A stretch of 64,000 nt of DNA from Lachnospiraceae bacterium (lineage in GTDB: Bacteria; Bacillota; Clostridia; Lachnospirales; Lachnospiraceae): positions 3,265 through 67,264 of the forward strand of contig JAZNBY010000181.1 in NCBI GenBank assembly GCA_045587325.1, given 5' to 3'. Position 1 is the stretch's first letter. Every line of letters starts with the position of its first letter. Positions 25,173-34,269 of this stretch are shown piece by piece. The position numbers and the translations under genes were made by a program. The notes under the pieces were generated by a model that saw nothing but the letters and a program-made list of their open reading frames with translations, had not been told where the DNA came from and made no database searches.

Positions 25173-25667
25173 ATGGTAAGAGTATTGATTGGAATGTCAG
25201 GTAGTGGAAAGACTTGTCGCATTCAAGAAGAAATCCTTCATATGCATATGGATTTTGCTGTAACCGGCGCTAGAGGTATCTGTGTAATCGAAAGAAAAGA
25301 TTATAACGAATATAGTCATGTCTTTCACCCGAATTTCGTATCCGTTTATAAACCGGATGATTGTTTGGTTGATTTGCTATTGGATGCTAAGAATACCGAA
25401 ATTTTCATTGATTGTGAAAATTATTCGATAGAACTTATGGATAAGGTTTCGTGCATTGTAAGAAAAGCGAAAAGAAATAATAATAATGTTACTATTACCT
25501 TTCTTACAATAGGTGATAATATTGACTACGAAAACTATATTCTTAAGAATGCAGATGAAATTTTGGTAGGAAAATGTGGTGGTGCTGCAGAGGCATACAT
25601 TGAAAATCTGTTCACTGTAAAATTAGCACCTATAATAAATAAATTTGACTTCCGAAAATTGTGGTGA
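25173..25667 (+). CDS. Small P-loop NTPase, 164 aa
   Basis: Walker A VLIGMSGSGKT near the N-terminus. Possible Walker B EIFIDCE. Weak RBS. Confidence 0.5.
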   Translation: MVRVLIGMSGSGKTCRIQEEILHMHMDFAVTGARGICVIERKDYNEYSHVFHPNFVSVYKPDDCLVDLLLDAKNTEIFIDCENYSIELMDKVSCIVRKAKRNNNNVTITFLTIGDNIDYENYILKNADEILVGKCGGAAEAYIENLFTVKLAPIINKFDFRKLW

Positions 25668-25721
25668 GATATATTTTATTCATAAATGAGTGCGTATTGT
25701 TACGCAGAAAGGTGGTTTATT

Positions 25722-26090
25722 ATGTGTGAAATCAATGTAAATGGTATTGGTGAGTTGGAGAAGGAGAAATGTCGTAATATCGTCGGTGCTTTTTCCGAGT
25801 ATTTTAAGCAGAGCGGCGATGTAGTTGTTGAAGCTGGAGAATATGGGTTTGTTCTGCTTAGTGACTACTACAGAAAAGAATTTCATCTTGTGTCAAATGT
25901 ATGCGAAACTGGCCGCGAATTATTTGATTTGTTGATTGACAGCTGGCTGGATTGGCATATGTCCAGGGACTATGATGGAACTCCTGTAATGCTCAGCGAG
26001 GGTATATATTCTCAATTATCTGATGAACAAAGAAAACCCTACGATGAGTTAAAGGCTCGCCTTTATAATGACTGCTCAAAGTGGCTTTAA
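25722..26090 (+). CDS. Hypothetical protein, 122 aa
   Basis: ATG 6 nt after AAAGGTGG. Confidence 0.5.
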   Translation: MCEINVNGIGELEKEKCRNIVGAFSEYFKQSGDVVVEAGEYGFVLLSDYYRKEFHLVSNVCETGRELFDLLIDSWLDWHMSRDYDGTPVMLSEGIYSQLSDEQRKPYDELKARLYNDCSKWL

Positions 26091-26162
26091 ATACCATTGG
26101 ATATTCTGGCATGAACTTCCCCCAAAAATGGGGGAAGTATAATTTGCCGATATTGTTTAAGG

Positions 26163-26181
26163 AGAGCGCAGCTCTTTTTTT
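26163..26181 (+). terminator. Rho-independent terminator
   Basis: AGAGC GCA GCTCT followed by TTTTTT. An additional stem CTTCCCCC..GGGGGAAG lies at 26116..26137. Confidence 0.55.
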
Positions 26182-26286
26182 ATTGCTTTTCCTTATAATT
26201 AATGCTATAATATCTCTTATAGTAACTTCGTACAATTCTAATTTTACGAAGTTAGTGGGTGCAGCTTAGAGAGAAAGGAGAACGAC

Positions 26287-27441
26287 ATGGGTAAACGCAT
26301 AACAACCATGAGCAGTTATACGACCTTGGAATACACCGATAAGGTATCTGCTGAACAAAAGGCAGCCATAGAACGCCTCTTGGAGTGTCTTCCAGCATAC
26401 ATCCGGGAATATGCGGAATACAAAGCACCGAAACTTGCAATCAAAACGCGCCGGGAATATATCCAAGACTTATTCTGTTTTTTTCGTTTCATTGTTGATG
26501 CGATTCCCGAATACCAGGGTTGTAGCACAAAAGATATTTCTTTGGAGACTTTAAGTTCTCTGTCGCTGGACGATTTCAGCGCATATGAGCGGTGGTTAAT
26601 GAATGAGGATACGGGTGGCGGATATAACGGGCCCACAACCATTAAAAGAAAGCAAAGCTCTCTCCGTTCTCTTTATAATTATTTGTATGCGAGTGACCGG
26701 ATTGCTGTAAATCCTGTTGCTAAAATCGAATCCATTCGTGTTGATGGTAATGACCGTGATGAAATTCGTGTCTTAAACGATAAGGAGCGGCGTTTGTTCT
26801 TAGCGGCCATTGACAAGGAATTTGAAGATGCGGTGGCTCAACTTGAGGAAGCTAAAAGTGCTGCTGCTGAAAAAGGAAAGCCTGTTGCCGAAGCAATCCG
26901 AATCAAGCCGGCACTGGCAAAAAGAAACAAAGCTATTGTTTATCTTTTTCTTGGCACCGGTCTCAGAAATTCCGAACTCTGTGCGATAAACTGTGAGGAT
27001 TTTTCCTTAGATAATGAGAAAATCAATGTGATCCGGAAAGGCAAGGGAAAAAATAAGAAGAAAAAGAAAGAAGCATCTGTGTTGCTTGGCACTGAGGTTA
27101 TTCGTGTTCTGCTGGAATACCTCAATGAATATAGAGAAATCATTGGTCCGGATGCTGATAACTACGATGCCATGTTCCTTTCATCGAGGCATACCCGCAT
27201 TACACCGCGAGCCATTGAACAAATGGTTAATAAGTATGCTGATGAGGCGCTCGGTAAAAAGAACGGAGTCCATCCGCATGTCCTCCGGGCATCCTTTGGA
27301 GACAAATATCAGGCTACATATAATAATCTGCTGGCAACTTCCGAAGTAATGAACCACTCTTCTACGGCTGTTACGGCTCAGTATTATTTGAAGAGTTCCG
27401 AAAAATCAAAAGAAGATGCCAAGAGGATACCCGTGATATAA
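26287..27441 (+). CDS. Tyrosine recombinase/integrase (XerC/D-like, canonical active site)
   Basis: GTGLRNSEL (Arg), HPHVLRASF (H-x-x-R), MNHSSTAVTAQYY (His, Tyr). Lys-rich insertion KGKGKNKKKKKE. Confidence 0.85.
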   Translation: MGKRITTMSSYTTLEYTDKVSAEQKAAIERLLECLPAYIREYAEYKAPKLAIKTRREYIQDLFCFFRFIVDAIPEYQGCSTKDISLETLSSLSLDDFSAYERWLMNEDTGGGYNGPTTIKRKQSSLRSLYNYLYASDRIAVNPVAKIESIRVDGNDRDEIRVLNDKERRLFLAAIDKEFEDAVAQLEEAKSAAAEKGKPVAEAIRIKPALAKRNKAIVYLFLGTGLRNSELCAINCEDFSLDNEKINVIRKGKGKNKKKKKEASVLLGTEVIRVLLEYLNEYREIIGPDADNYDAMFLSSRHTRITPRAIEQMVNKYADEALGKKNGVHPHVLRASFGDKYQATYNNLLATSEVMNHSSTAVTAQYYLKSSEKSKEDAKRIPVI

Positions 27442-27481
27442 AAAACGCCATTTTGTACCGCCGGCGCATGTTAGAGACGAA

Positions 27482-27508
27482 AAAAGGACTTGCATGGCAA
27501 GTCCTTTT
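27482..27508. terminator. Bidirectional terminator between convergent genes
   Basis: AAAAGGACTTGC ATG GCAAGTCCTTTT, 12-bp perfect stem with A and T tracts on either side. Confidence 0.75.
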
Positions 27509-27517
27509 CACTTTCAA

Positions 27518-27637
27518 TTATTCTTCCTCTTCCTCTTCCTCTTCATCTTCATTGTACTCTAATAATCCGGTGCAATACGGACACTCCGGATATTCAGACG
27601 CATCATAATACAACTCACAATCAGGACACATTTGCAT
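27518..27637 (-). CDS. Unlisted 39-aa zinc-ribbon peptide with poly-Glu tail
   Basis: Minus strand: AAGGAGG, 7 nt, ATG. Translation MQMCPDCELYYDASEYPECPYCTGLLEYNEDEEEEEEEE. Below the ORF-track length cutoff. Confidence 0.5.
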   Translation of the reverse strand: MQMCPDCELYYDASEYPECPYCTGLLEYNEDEEEEEEEE

Positions 27638-27724
27638 TTTGCTACCTCCTTAACGAATCGGTTATTCAGTTTCCCTATTAATTGTATCAGCCCGGAGCAT
27701 TCTAGTCAAATTATTTTTCGCTGT

Positions 27725-27753
27725 TTGACACCATCCATCCACGGTAGTATAAT
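27725..27753 (+). promoter_or_regulatory. Consensus promoter
   Basis: TTGACA, 17-nt spacer, TATAAT. Confidence 0.75.
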
Positions 27754-27791
27754 TCAGTTAGAGGTATTTATCAAAGCACTGGAGGTTTCTT

Positions 27792-28355
27792 ATGATACGA
27801 TGTGATAAATGCGGTACATTTTACGAGGAACTTACGCATAGTAATTGCCCTAAATGTGGCGAAAAGGCTCACTTGTCTGCCGGAAAATGTTTACTCTGTG
27901 GCCGAGAAACTGAACGAGGTGATGTTTGCCAGCAGTGCGTCATGGCATATCAGATAACGGAAGAGGTTCATCAGCAAAGACGGATAAGAAAAAAATCGAT
28001 TGTCATGCCATTGATTGTTTCCCTTATATCAGTGGCTTGTATCGTTGGTGTGACTTTAATGATTCTTATGCCGGTACGAAATAATGAAAAGCTTGCTGTT
28101 TCTCAGGTGGTATATGATAACGGTGAGTATGTTATCAAAATAATTGACCTATATCTCGATGGGGTATGCTCCTCTGAAGAAACCAGGGACAAGCTGGAAT
28201 ATTTTTCTCATAATAATAAAGGGGAGGATTCTGTGGATGATACTTTGTTGGATACTCATGTATTGAATGCTCGCCTTCATCTTCTAAGGGATGATATTTC
28301 CAAAGTAAAAGAAGAGCGGAACAAAATAGCAGATATGATAGGATATGAAGAATAG
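27792..28355 (+). CDS. Zinc-ribbon protein with single TM helix, 187 aa
   Basis: Four CxxC pairs (CDKCG, CPKCG, CLLCG, CQQC), then the helix IVMPLIVSLISVACIVGVTLMILM and a C-terminal domain. Confidence 0.65.
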   Translation: MIRCDKCGTFYEELTHSNCPKCGEKAHLSAGKCLLCGRETERGDVCQQCVMAYQITEEVHQQRRIRKKSIVMPLIVSLISVACIVGVTLMILMPVRNNEKLAVSQVVYDNGEYVIKIIDLYLDGVCSSEETRDKLEYFSHNNKGEDSVDDTLLDTHVLNARLHLLRDDISKVKEERNKIADMIGYEE

Positions 28356-28413
28356 TTGTTTACTCTCCCGCTCTCTTCCGTGATTTTCAAAACATTATTA
28401 TTGGAGGAACTAT

Positions 28414-28935
28414 ATGGATATGATTCTTTATCTCGTTATTGCAGCCTTGATTGTGTATATTATTTATACGCAATTCTTCACCCAAAAGACGGACGACTCT
28501 CCAGCGGAACCGAAAACCAGCGTGCAGGTATATCCGTATGAGCGAAAAAATCTTTTGTCCAAGACTGAATACGCCTTTTTTAAGGTATTAAGCGACTTCT
28601 GTGCGAAGAATGATTTGCTTTTCTGTCCGAAGGTTCGTATGGAGGACTTCTTATCTGTTACTGATAAGCAGAATTACACAAAATACCGTGGCTATATCAA
28701 GTCCCGTCACATTGATTTCCTTATATGTGACCGTTCTCTTCATGTGCTGTGTGGTATTGAGCTTGATGATAAAAGCCATGATACGGCAAAGGCACAAAAA
28801 ACCGACAATTTCAAGAATAAAGTGTTTGAGCAGATAGGCTTGCCGCTGTTCCGTATACGCACAACAAGTAATTATCAGACGGAGCTTGAGAAGATTCGCG
28901 CTACAGTTGTTCCGGAACGGAAAAATATCATATAA
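28414..28935 (+). CDS. Membrane-anchored DUF2726-like (restriction-endonuclease-fold) protein, 173 aa
   Basis: N-terminal helix ILYLVIAALIVYIIY. LLSKTEYAFFKVL, RHIDFLICD, CGIELDDKSHD and GLPLFRI match my memory of the DUF2726 pattern. Confidence 0.65.
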   Translation: MDMILYLVIAALIVYIIYTQFFTQKTDDSPAEPKTSVQVYPYERKNLLSKTEYAFFKVLSDFCAKNDLLFCPKVRMEDFLSVTDKQNYTKYRGYIKSRHIDFLICDRSLHVLCGIELDDKSHDTAKAQKTDNFKNKVFEQIGLPLFRIRTTSNYQTELEKIRATVVPERKNII

Positions 28936-28947
28936 GGAGGAAATATA

Positions 28948-30021
28948 ATGTTTAGATTAGCGTATAACCCGGGAACTGACACCATTGCTCAGTTTGTTGT
29001 TACAGAAACATTAGTTGATGTTATTGAGACCGTATTTGGTCCTACTGATGAAGAAGGCTGTTTTAAAGATTTAGGACGAACCAAAGCTTTTATGTCGAGA
29101 AGTAATTTTTTATGCGAGCTGATTGGTAAAGACTTTAAATTGGTTATGGGGGGCTTTGATTGTGTTTTCCAATGGGAGTATATCATTAAACATCGTTATG
29201 AAGATATTTTAAAAAAGCTTCGTGATAAAAAGCATGAATATACTTTCAACGAGATAGGCGAAGGGCTGATTCAGCTTTTACTTGTTTTCATATCGGACGA
29301 GTGTTGTGCTTATCTTGCAGGTTACTCTGATAATAAGGGTAAGTTTGATGGCACGGAGTATCAGTCTCCTCTGTCGAGGGCAGTGCGTTGTCCGGGATTT
29401 TTCGAGGAATTAAAAGAGGCAGCGAAAGAAGTCTATGAGGAACTTTTGGAGGATGAGCTTTTTGAAGATTTGCCGGAAATGAATGAGAAACTTTTCGTTG
29501 ACTGCTACATATCCTTTTGGGAAATCTATCTTTCGCATGTGTGCTGCTATTGTTATGATTATGTAGATGAGAAGTCTCTTTATTATAACAGCTTTTCCCT
29601 GTTTTTAGATAGTAAGGAAGATATGTTGGAATTGGGTTCGCTTATATCTCATGATTTACTGTTTTGGGACGATGATTTCCTCTTTGTATTGCCACTCTTG
29701 GGTAATCGCGAGGCGTTGCAGAGAATGTTGGATGCGTTGTCTCCTGCTGAACTTTCTGTAAAGGACGCTGCAAGTGCGGTTTTAAGTTTTGAGGATGCGG
29801 CATATGAATTAGCCGCCGAAAATGAATGGCGAATTTATATGTCTTTCGAGGATTTATACGGCTCAAACTACTCTGAAATAAAGAACTATATTTTAAATAA
29901 TAAATTGTCTTTGGCAGATGTTGAGGAATTGCAGTTATTTATGGATGAACTTTGTAGCTGTAATAAACTTACGCCTAAGCAGTGTGATGAGTTAGAATCG
30001 CTCCTTGACGAACGGGTTTAA
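28948..30021 (+). CDS. Hypothetical acidic protein, 357 aa
   Basis: RBS AAGGAGG. Runs such as EELLEDELFEDLPEMNE. No motif recognised. Confidence 0.6.
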   Translation: MFRLAYNPGTDTIAQFVVTETLVDVIETVFGPTDEEGCFKDLGRTKAFMSRSNFLCELIGKDFKLVMGGFDCVFQWEYIIKHRYEDILKKLRDKKHEYTFNEIGEGLIQLLLVFISDECCAYLAGYSDNKGKFDGTEYQSPLSRAVRCPGFFEELKEAAKEVYEELLEDELFEDLPEMNEKLFVDCYISFWEIYLSHVCCYCYDYVDEKSLYYNSFSLFLDSKEDMLELGSLISHDLLFWDDDFLFVLPLLGNREALQRMLDALSPAELSVKDAASAVLSFEDAAYELAAENEWRIYMSFEDLYGSNYSEIKNYILNNKLSLADVEELQLFMDELCSCNKLTPKQCDELESLLDERV

Positions 30022-30069
30022 GTAATTATTCTTAGCTTTTTACTCTAAATTGATTGAAGGGGTTTGGTT

Positions 30070-30492
30070 ATGTGTAAAATGGATAAGTACGGAAACTATG
30101 TCGGTTTCCCGGACACAATTTTAAGCGATATGACAAAGAAGGGGTTTTTGAGTAAGTGGGTATCTTATTTAATAAGCCAGATTCTTCTCACATTACGCAC
30201 TTACTATTTCCGGTCCGGTAATGTGGATCACGACGATTTGAGTGCCGCAAAATTGCGTTTTGAAAGTATGGAAGAAGAACTTGACTATGTTGTGCCGGTT
30301 CTCCTTGATATGTGTAATGAGGGGATTCGTGGTCTTGAAGATATCTGCATTGCTGTATATGGTGGTTCTAGCTCCGAGGTATATGTGGTAAAACGCTTCT
30401 ATCAGCTGTTAAGTTGTATCGATGCGTGGAATACCGACTTTATGTGGAATGATTGTTGTAACGATGAAATACTTCGCAGTTTTCTTTCATAG
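30070..30492 (+). CDS. Hypothetical protein, 140 aa
   Basis: ATG about 9 nt after GAAGGGG. Confidence 0.55.
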   Translation: MCKMDKYGNYVGFPDTILSDMTKKGFLSKWVSYLISQILLTLRTYYFRSGNVDHDDLSAAKLRFESMEEELDYVVPVLLDMCNEGIRGLEDICIAVYGGSSSEVYVVKRFYQLLSCIDAWNTDFMWNDCCNDEILRSFLS

Positions 30493-30513
30493 CCGCTGCC
30501 AAGGAGGTTTTTT

Positions 30514-30786
30514 ATGTCCGGAATAATCAGTAAGGGACTTCATGACTGCTCTCATCTCCGCCTGGTCTCCGTAATTGCATCATTTGATACCGGCGGTTCT
30601 ATTGTCCCATTGTATGTGCGTGTCGATGGTGAATCCTTAAAAGTATATAATGCCACGCTCACCAATATATCTACTTATAAACTTTTTTTCTTCGATTGTG
30701 AGGTTATGGATGGAGATGTAGTAAAGCCACTCCGCCTGACTTATCATTTAGAAGAAAATGTGTGGTCAATACCGACGCAAAAATAA
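30514..30786 (+). CDS. Hypothetical protein, 90 aa
   Basis: RBS AAGGAGG. Confidence 0.5.
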   Translation: MSGIISKGLHDCSHLRLVSVIASFDTGGSIVPLYVRVDGESLKVYNATLTNISTYKLFFFDCEVMDGDVVKPLRLTYHLEENVWSIPTQK

Positions 30787-30811
30787 AAGCTGCCATTCAC
30801 CGGCAGCTTTT
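30786..30811. terminator. Bidirectional terminator
   Basis: AAAAGCTGCC (loop) GGCAGCTTTT between convergent genes. Confidence 0.7.
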
Positions 30812-30815
30812 TCTG

Positions 30816-31175
30816 TTATTGTGTTGTATGGTGAATATACTCCATTAGTCCTTTCCTTTTTTCTGCATCAAGACTCTTATACCAATTTATCAGAGCAACC
30901 ATATTGCTGAGCGTATTATCTTCTGCTTCCATGACAATACTGTCAACTTCTGTGTCGCAAAGTAAATCTCTTTCGCGGCCTGGCGTTAGAAAATACTCCA
31001 CCGGAACATCCAATTCTTTTGCCAGAGGATTTAATATATCAATCGGTATATTCTTTATTTCCCCGTTTTCATACCGATACAAGGTAGCTCTTCCTTTCCC
31101 TAATCTCTCCGCCAATTCATCAATACTGATATGTAGTTCTTTCCGCCGCTGTTTAATCTTTTCACCGATCTCCAT
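30816..31175 (-). CDS. XRE-family HTH regulator with C-terminal extension, 119 aa
   Basis: IKQRRKELHISIDELAERLGKGRATLYRYENG. Start moved to MEIGEK (RBS AAAGGAGAAG). Confidence 0.8.
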   Translation of the reverse strand: MEIGEKIKQRRKELHISIDELAERLGKGRATLYRYENGEIKNIPIDILNPLAKELDVPVEYFLTPGRERDLLCDTEVDSIVMEAEDNTLSNMVALINWYKSLDAEKRKGLMEYIHHTTQ

Positions 31176-31313
31176 GACTTCTCCTTTTATTTCTCCTTTT
31201 TTAACCCACTGCACTCCGCAGAACAGACAAATAACTACCATTTACATGTTCGTTTATATATAGTGTACCACAGGATGGTTAGATTTCAAGTGAAGTATTG
31301 TATTCTCTGTTTA

Positions 31314-31342
31314 TTGAGTCTGTAGACCTCTGTTGCTATAAT
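31314..31342 (+). promoter_or_regulatory. Promoter for 31428 gene
   Basis: TTGAGT, 17-nt spacer, TATAAT. Confidence 0.6.
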
Positions 31343-31427
31343 CGTATTGGAATTATCGATATGGCTCTTGACAAATACCCCATTGTTTCGGCACAATTAT
31401 ACTATACTAATGTAGGTGGTGTACTCT

Positions 31428-34013
31428 ATGGGTGAAAAATTTAAAGATTTTCCATGTTTATATTATTTGGATAGCCGTGTAAATAGGAAATCCCGAATAC
31501 AATTTTATTCGATGCTTGCATCTATGTTCGGTCAGACACCGGAACAAGCAGCGCAGAACTCAGAGTTATTTGCTCATGCTTCCGGTAAGCTTTTTGGCGG
31601 AACCGGGTATACACTGGAAGAGATTCGAACAAACGCCGGCAATTATTTCGAAAAGCCTTACAAAGATTGCCGGGGATTTTATAGGCGGAAGGCATATAGC
31701 GAGGCGAATTTAAAGGATAATTGCTGTATGATTTGCCTTTATTGTAATGAGTATCGGAATGCATGTCTGGAGCAAGAACGGCAAATCCTTCGGATTCTAA
31801 TTGAGCATCGGGATATGCTGGGCTTTCTTGACTGTTCCGCCGCTGATTTTAAATCGAAGCTTGCAATCAGCTGTTCAAACGACTTGTCCGAGTATCCGAT
31901 AATATCGTTTAACGCATATTTGTTTGAATACTTAGTGCGTAATGGGGAGCTGGCCGAGGATGATGTTGTAGCATTCGTTAAATCTATTATGATAGAAAAT
32001 GGCTTGTTTGTTCCGGAGGAAGCGCTGTCCTCTTTTATCAGTACGCAAATCGGAATAATCTCACGCGTCAATCTGCCTGGTGGAGACCATACAAGTGCTT
32101 TGATTTATGCTATTGATTCTATTCGTGCCTCACGGTATGTTCCTCCGCAGCTGGTGCATTCGGTGTCCGAATCGAAGAATAAAGACAAAAAAAGTGAAAT
32201 TTCCGATGCTCCTTCGTCACTTGCTCGTTTATTTGAAGATTGTGAGGGGATTCAATATATATCCAAGATGCCAAAGGTTGCACCTGTTGAAAACCCTTCT
32301 TGTTCTTCCGATGAATGCGGGCCTCACGATTTGTCACAATCGTCCGCTTCTTCATCCGCAAACTTGCGTCCTTCGTTAATGGCTTTGTTTGGTGGAGCTA
32401 GTGATAGACAAGAAGATGATATTTCGCCGGTGAACGATGTGCAGGAGACGGATGCAGTAGAGGAGGCATGTGATTTGTCACAAGATGAGTGCCGCTCTTA
32501 TGACAATAAGGTGCCTGATGAGGTTTCGATTCCGTTGACAGAAGATATAGGCGAAGGAACTGCTGATGAGTCTGTTTATGGTGAGTCGATGGAACAGACT
32601 GACAGCTTTAATACGGAATATGAAGAAAGTACGAATGCTGCGGAGCTGTCAGACGGTGATGAGGTCGAGGATTTGTCGGTCAACGACGATTTGGAAACGG
32701 TTGGTGTTTCACCTGATGTTTCGGTTGTTACCATTACACCTCTCCCGGATAATGTATATGATGATATGACTGCAGAGCAGATTGAATCTATTACATATGA
32801 ATCTGATGACTTATCGGGTGATGAGCTGTCGCTTTTAAAGACAGATACTATGTCCATGTGTGACTCTGAAACCTCTGTAGCTGGACCATGTTGTATATGT
32901 GGTGGTGTCGCACCGGAGAAATATCCGTACACAGAAGATTGGGTACGAGGCTTGTATCGTCACTGTATTGCGTGTGAGAATGCGGTTGCCAAGGGCAATG
33001 AGAAGCCGTTCTTCTCTTCTGCTCTTAATCATCCGGTTATTGCAATGGGATGTGCATTCTCCAATAATGAGCCGGAATATGATTGTATATACAGTGATGT
33101 TCCTGTTCCTATTTCGGATGAATTTGCATCTATCGTAAATGATTGTTCCGATTACGCATGTGAACTCTCCAATTTGGTATCCTTTATCGAGGCATGCGAC
33201 AATGCATCTTATGCATCCGTTGAGTGCGTGAAGATGTATGGGATTGACGGTCTTCTATTTTATGTGACCGGCTCATATTATTTCATTGGCGGTGGAACTA
33301 CTGCTTGTGCAGCTTTGAAAAAGCTGCTCTCTAATGCAGACAGGTTGAGACTTTTCTCCATCAATCCGTTATTGGTGCATGTAAAGATGTTGCGATTTGG
33401 ACTTCGGCGTGTAAAAGTGGAGTCTCTTGCAGTCAAGTATTCTGTATTCGTTGGGACCGATCTTTTACTTCCTCCTTCGGTTATGTTTGTTGCCGGAGAC
33501 GGGACGGATGTTTACCGAATCATAATGCCGCAATATGAGAGGTTGTTTGAACGGACTTTGTTGACTGCCGATGAAGGTAAACAATACGAGAAGTTGAAGC
33601 GGTTAGAGTGGGCGCTTGCGGCTTCTGTTGACACATCCTTCATTGCCCTTGGGGAGAATCGTTCTGTATACGGAAGCAATGCGTTGAACTATCGTTTTGC
33701 ATTACTTGATGTTGGACAGATTTGCCGAGAGGGAACATTATATGTAGTTACGCTGGATGATGGCTCCAAAATACCTCCGGAAGAAGAAAGGTTGTTTTGG
33801 GAGGATGTAGCAGGGCGTCTTGCTTCCTCATCCTTGAGTTGTATGAATTACTCTTTTATTCTTGGACTTGGAAAAGGAATCAGTTATTTTGCTTGTTTTG
33901 AAGAGGAGGCTTTCTTTGATTCGTTGATGGCATCTGCCCGATCCGCATATAAGAAAGCATATAAAAGAGAAGTACATCTCCAGGTGACGCGAGAAAAGTA
34001 TGTTACGAACTAA
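31428..34013 (+). CDS. Large hypothetical protein, 861 aa, with acidic low-complexity centre and Cys cluster
   Basis: ATG after AGGTGG. D/E/S-rich central region. CCICGG...HCIACEN segment. The C-terminal third is globular. No family recognised. Confidence 0.6.
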   Translation: MGEKFKDFPCLYYLDSRVNRKSRIQFYSMLASMFGQTPEQAAQNSELFAHASGKLFGGTGYTLEEIRTNAGNYFEKPYKDCRGFYRRKAYSEANLKDNCCMICLYCNEYRNACLEQERQILRILIEHRDMLGFLDCSAADFKSKLAISCSNDLSEYPIISFNAYLFEYLVRNGELAEDDVVAFVKSIMIENGLFVPEEALSSFISTQIGIISRVNLPGGDHTSALIYAIDSIRASRYVPPQLVHSVSESKNKDKKSEISDAPSSLARLFEDCEGIQYISKMPKVAPVENPSCSSDECGPHDLSQSSASSSANLRPSLMALFGGASDRQEDDISPVNDVQETDAVEEACDLSQDECRSYDNKVPDEVSIPLTEDIGEGTADESVYGESMEQTDSFNTEYEESTNAAELSDGDEVEDLSVNDDLETVGVSPDVSVVTITPLPDNVYDDMTAEQIESITYESDDLSGDELSLLKTDTMSMCDSETSVAGPCCICGGVAPEKYPYTEDWVRGLYRHCIACENAVAKGNEKPFFSSALNHPVIAMGCAFSNNEPEYDCIYSDVPVPISDEFASIVNDCSDYACELSNLVSFIEACDNASYASVECVKMYGIDGLLFYVTGSYYFIGGGTTACAALKKLLSNADRLRLFSINPLLVHVKMLRFGLRRVKVESLAVKYSVFVGTDLLLPPSVMFVAGDGTDVYRIIMPQYERLFERTLLTADEGKQYEKLKRLEWALAASVDTSFIALGENRSVYGSNALNYRFALLDVGQICREGTLYVVTLDDGSKIPPEEERLFWEDVAGRLASSSLSCMNYSFILGLGKGISYFACFEEEAFFDSLMASARSAYKKAYKREVHLQVTREKYVTN

Positions 34014-34074
34014 ATAAAAACTACACCCTTTTTTGTGCAGTTTTAAAATGGTTTATTTGGTAAGAATTTTTGTA

Positions 34075-34109
34075 GGGTATCTGATTGAATCAGATGCCCT
34101 GCATTTTTT
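34075..34109 (+). terminator. Rho-independent terminator
   Basis: GGGTATCTGAT TGA ATCAGATGCCC, 11-bp stem (one G-U pair), then TGCATTTTTTATTTT. Confidence 0.7.
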
Positions 34110-34123
34110 ATTTTCATATGTCA

Positions 34124-34152
34124 TTGACTTTTTTATATGTCACAAATATAAT
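34124..34152 (+). promoter_or_regulatory. Near-consensus promoter
   Basis: TTGACT, 17-nt spacer, TATAAT. Confidence 0.7.
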
Positions 34153-34269
34153 GTTTATAAGGGTTTCATTGATTTGCGTATTGATAATGCAAATAGTCTT
34201 CACTTGTAAATTTAGGTGAAATATACGCAAAAGATTGCAGTAAATCCACCAAGTTAAAGGGGGTTGCCT

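Noticed and set aside
31368-31404. TTGACA at 31368 as a promoter for the 31428 gene
   Set aside because: The nearest -10-like hexamer (TATACT) is 25 bp away. The upstream TTGAGT-17-TATAAT at 31314..31342 is a better candidate.
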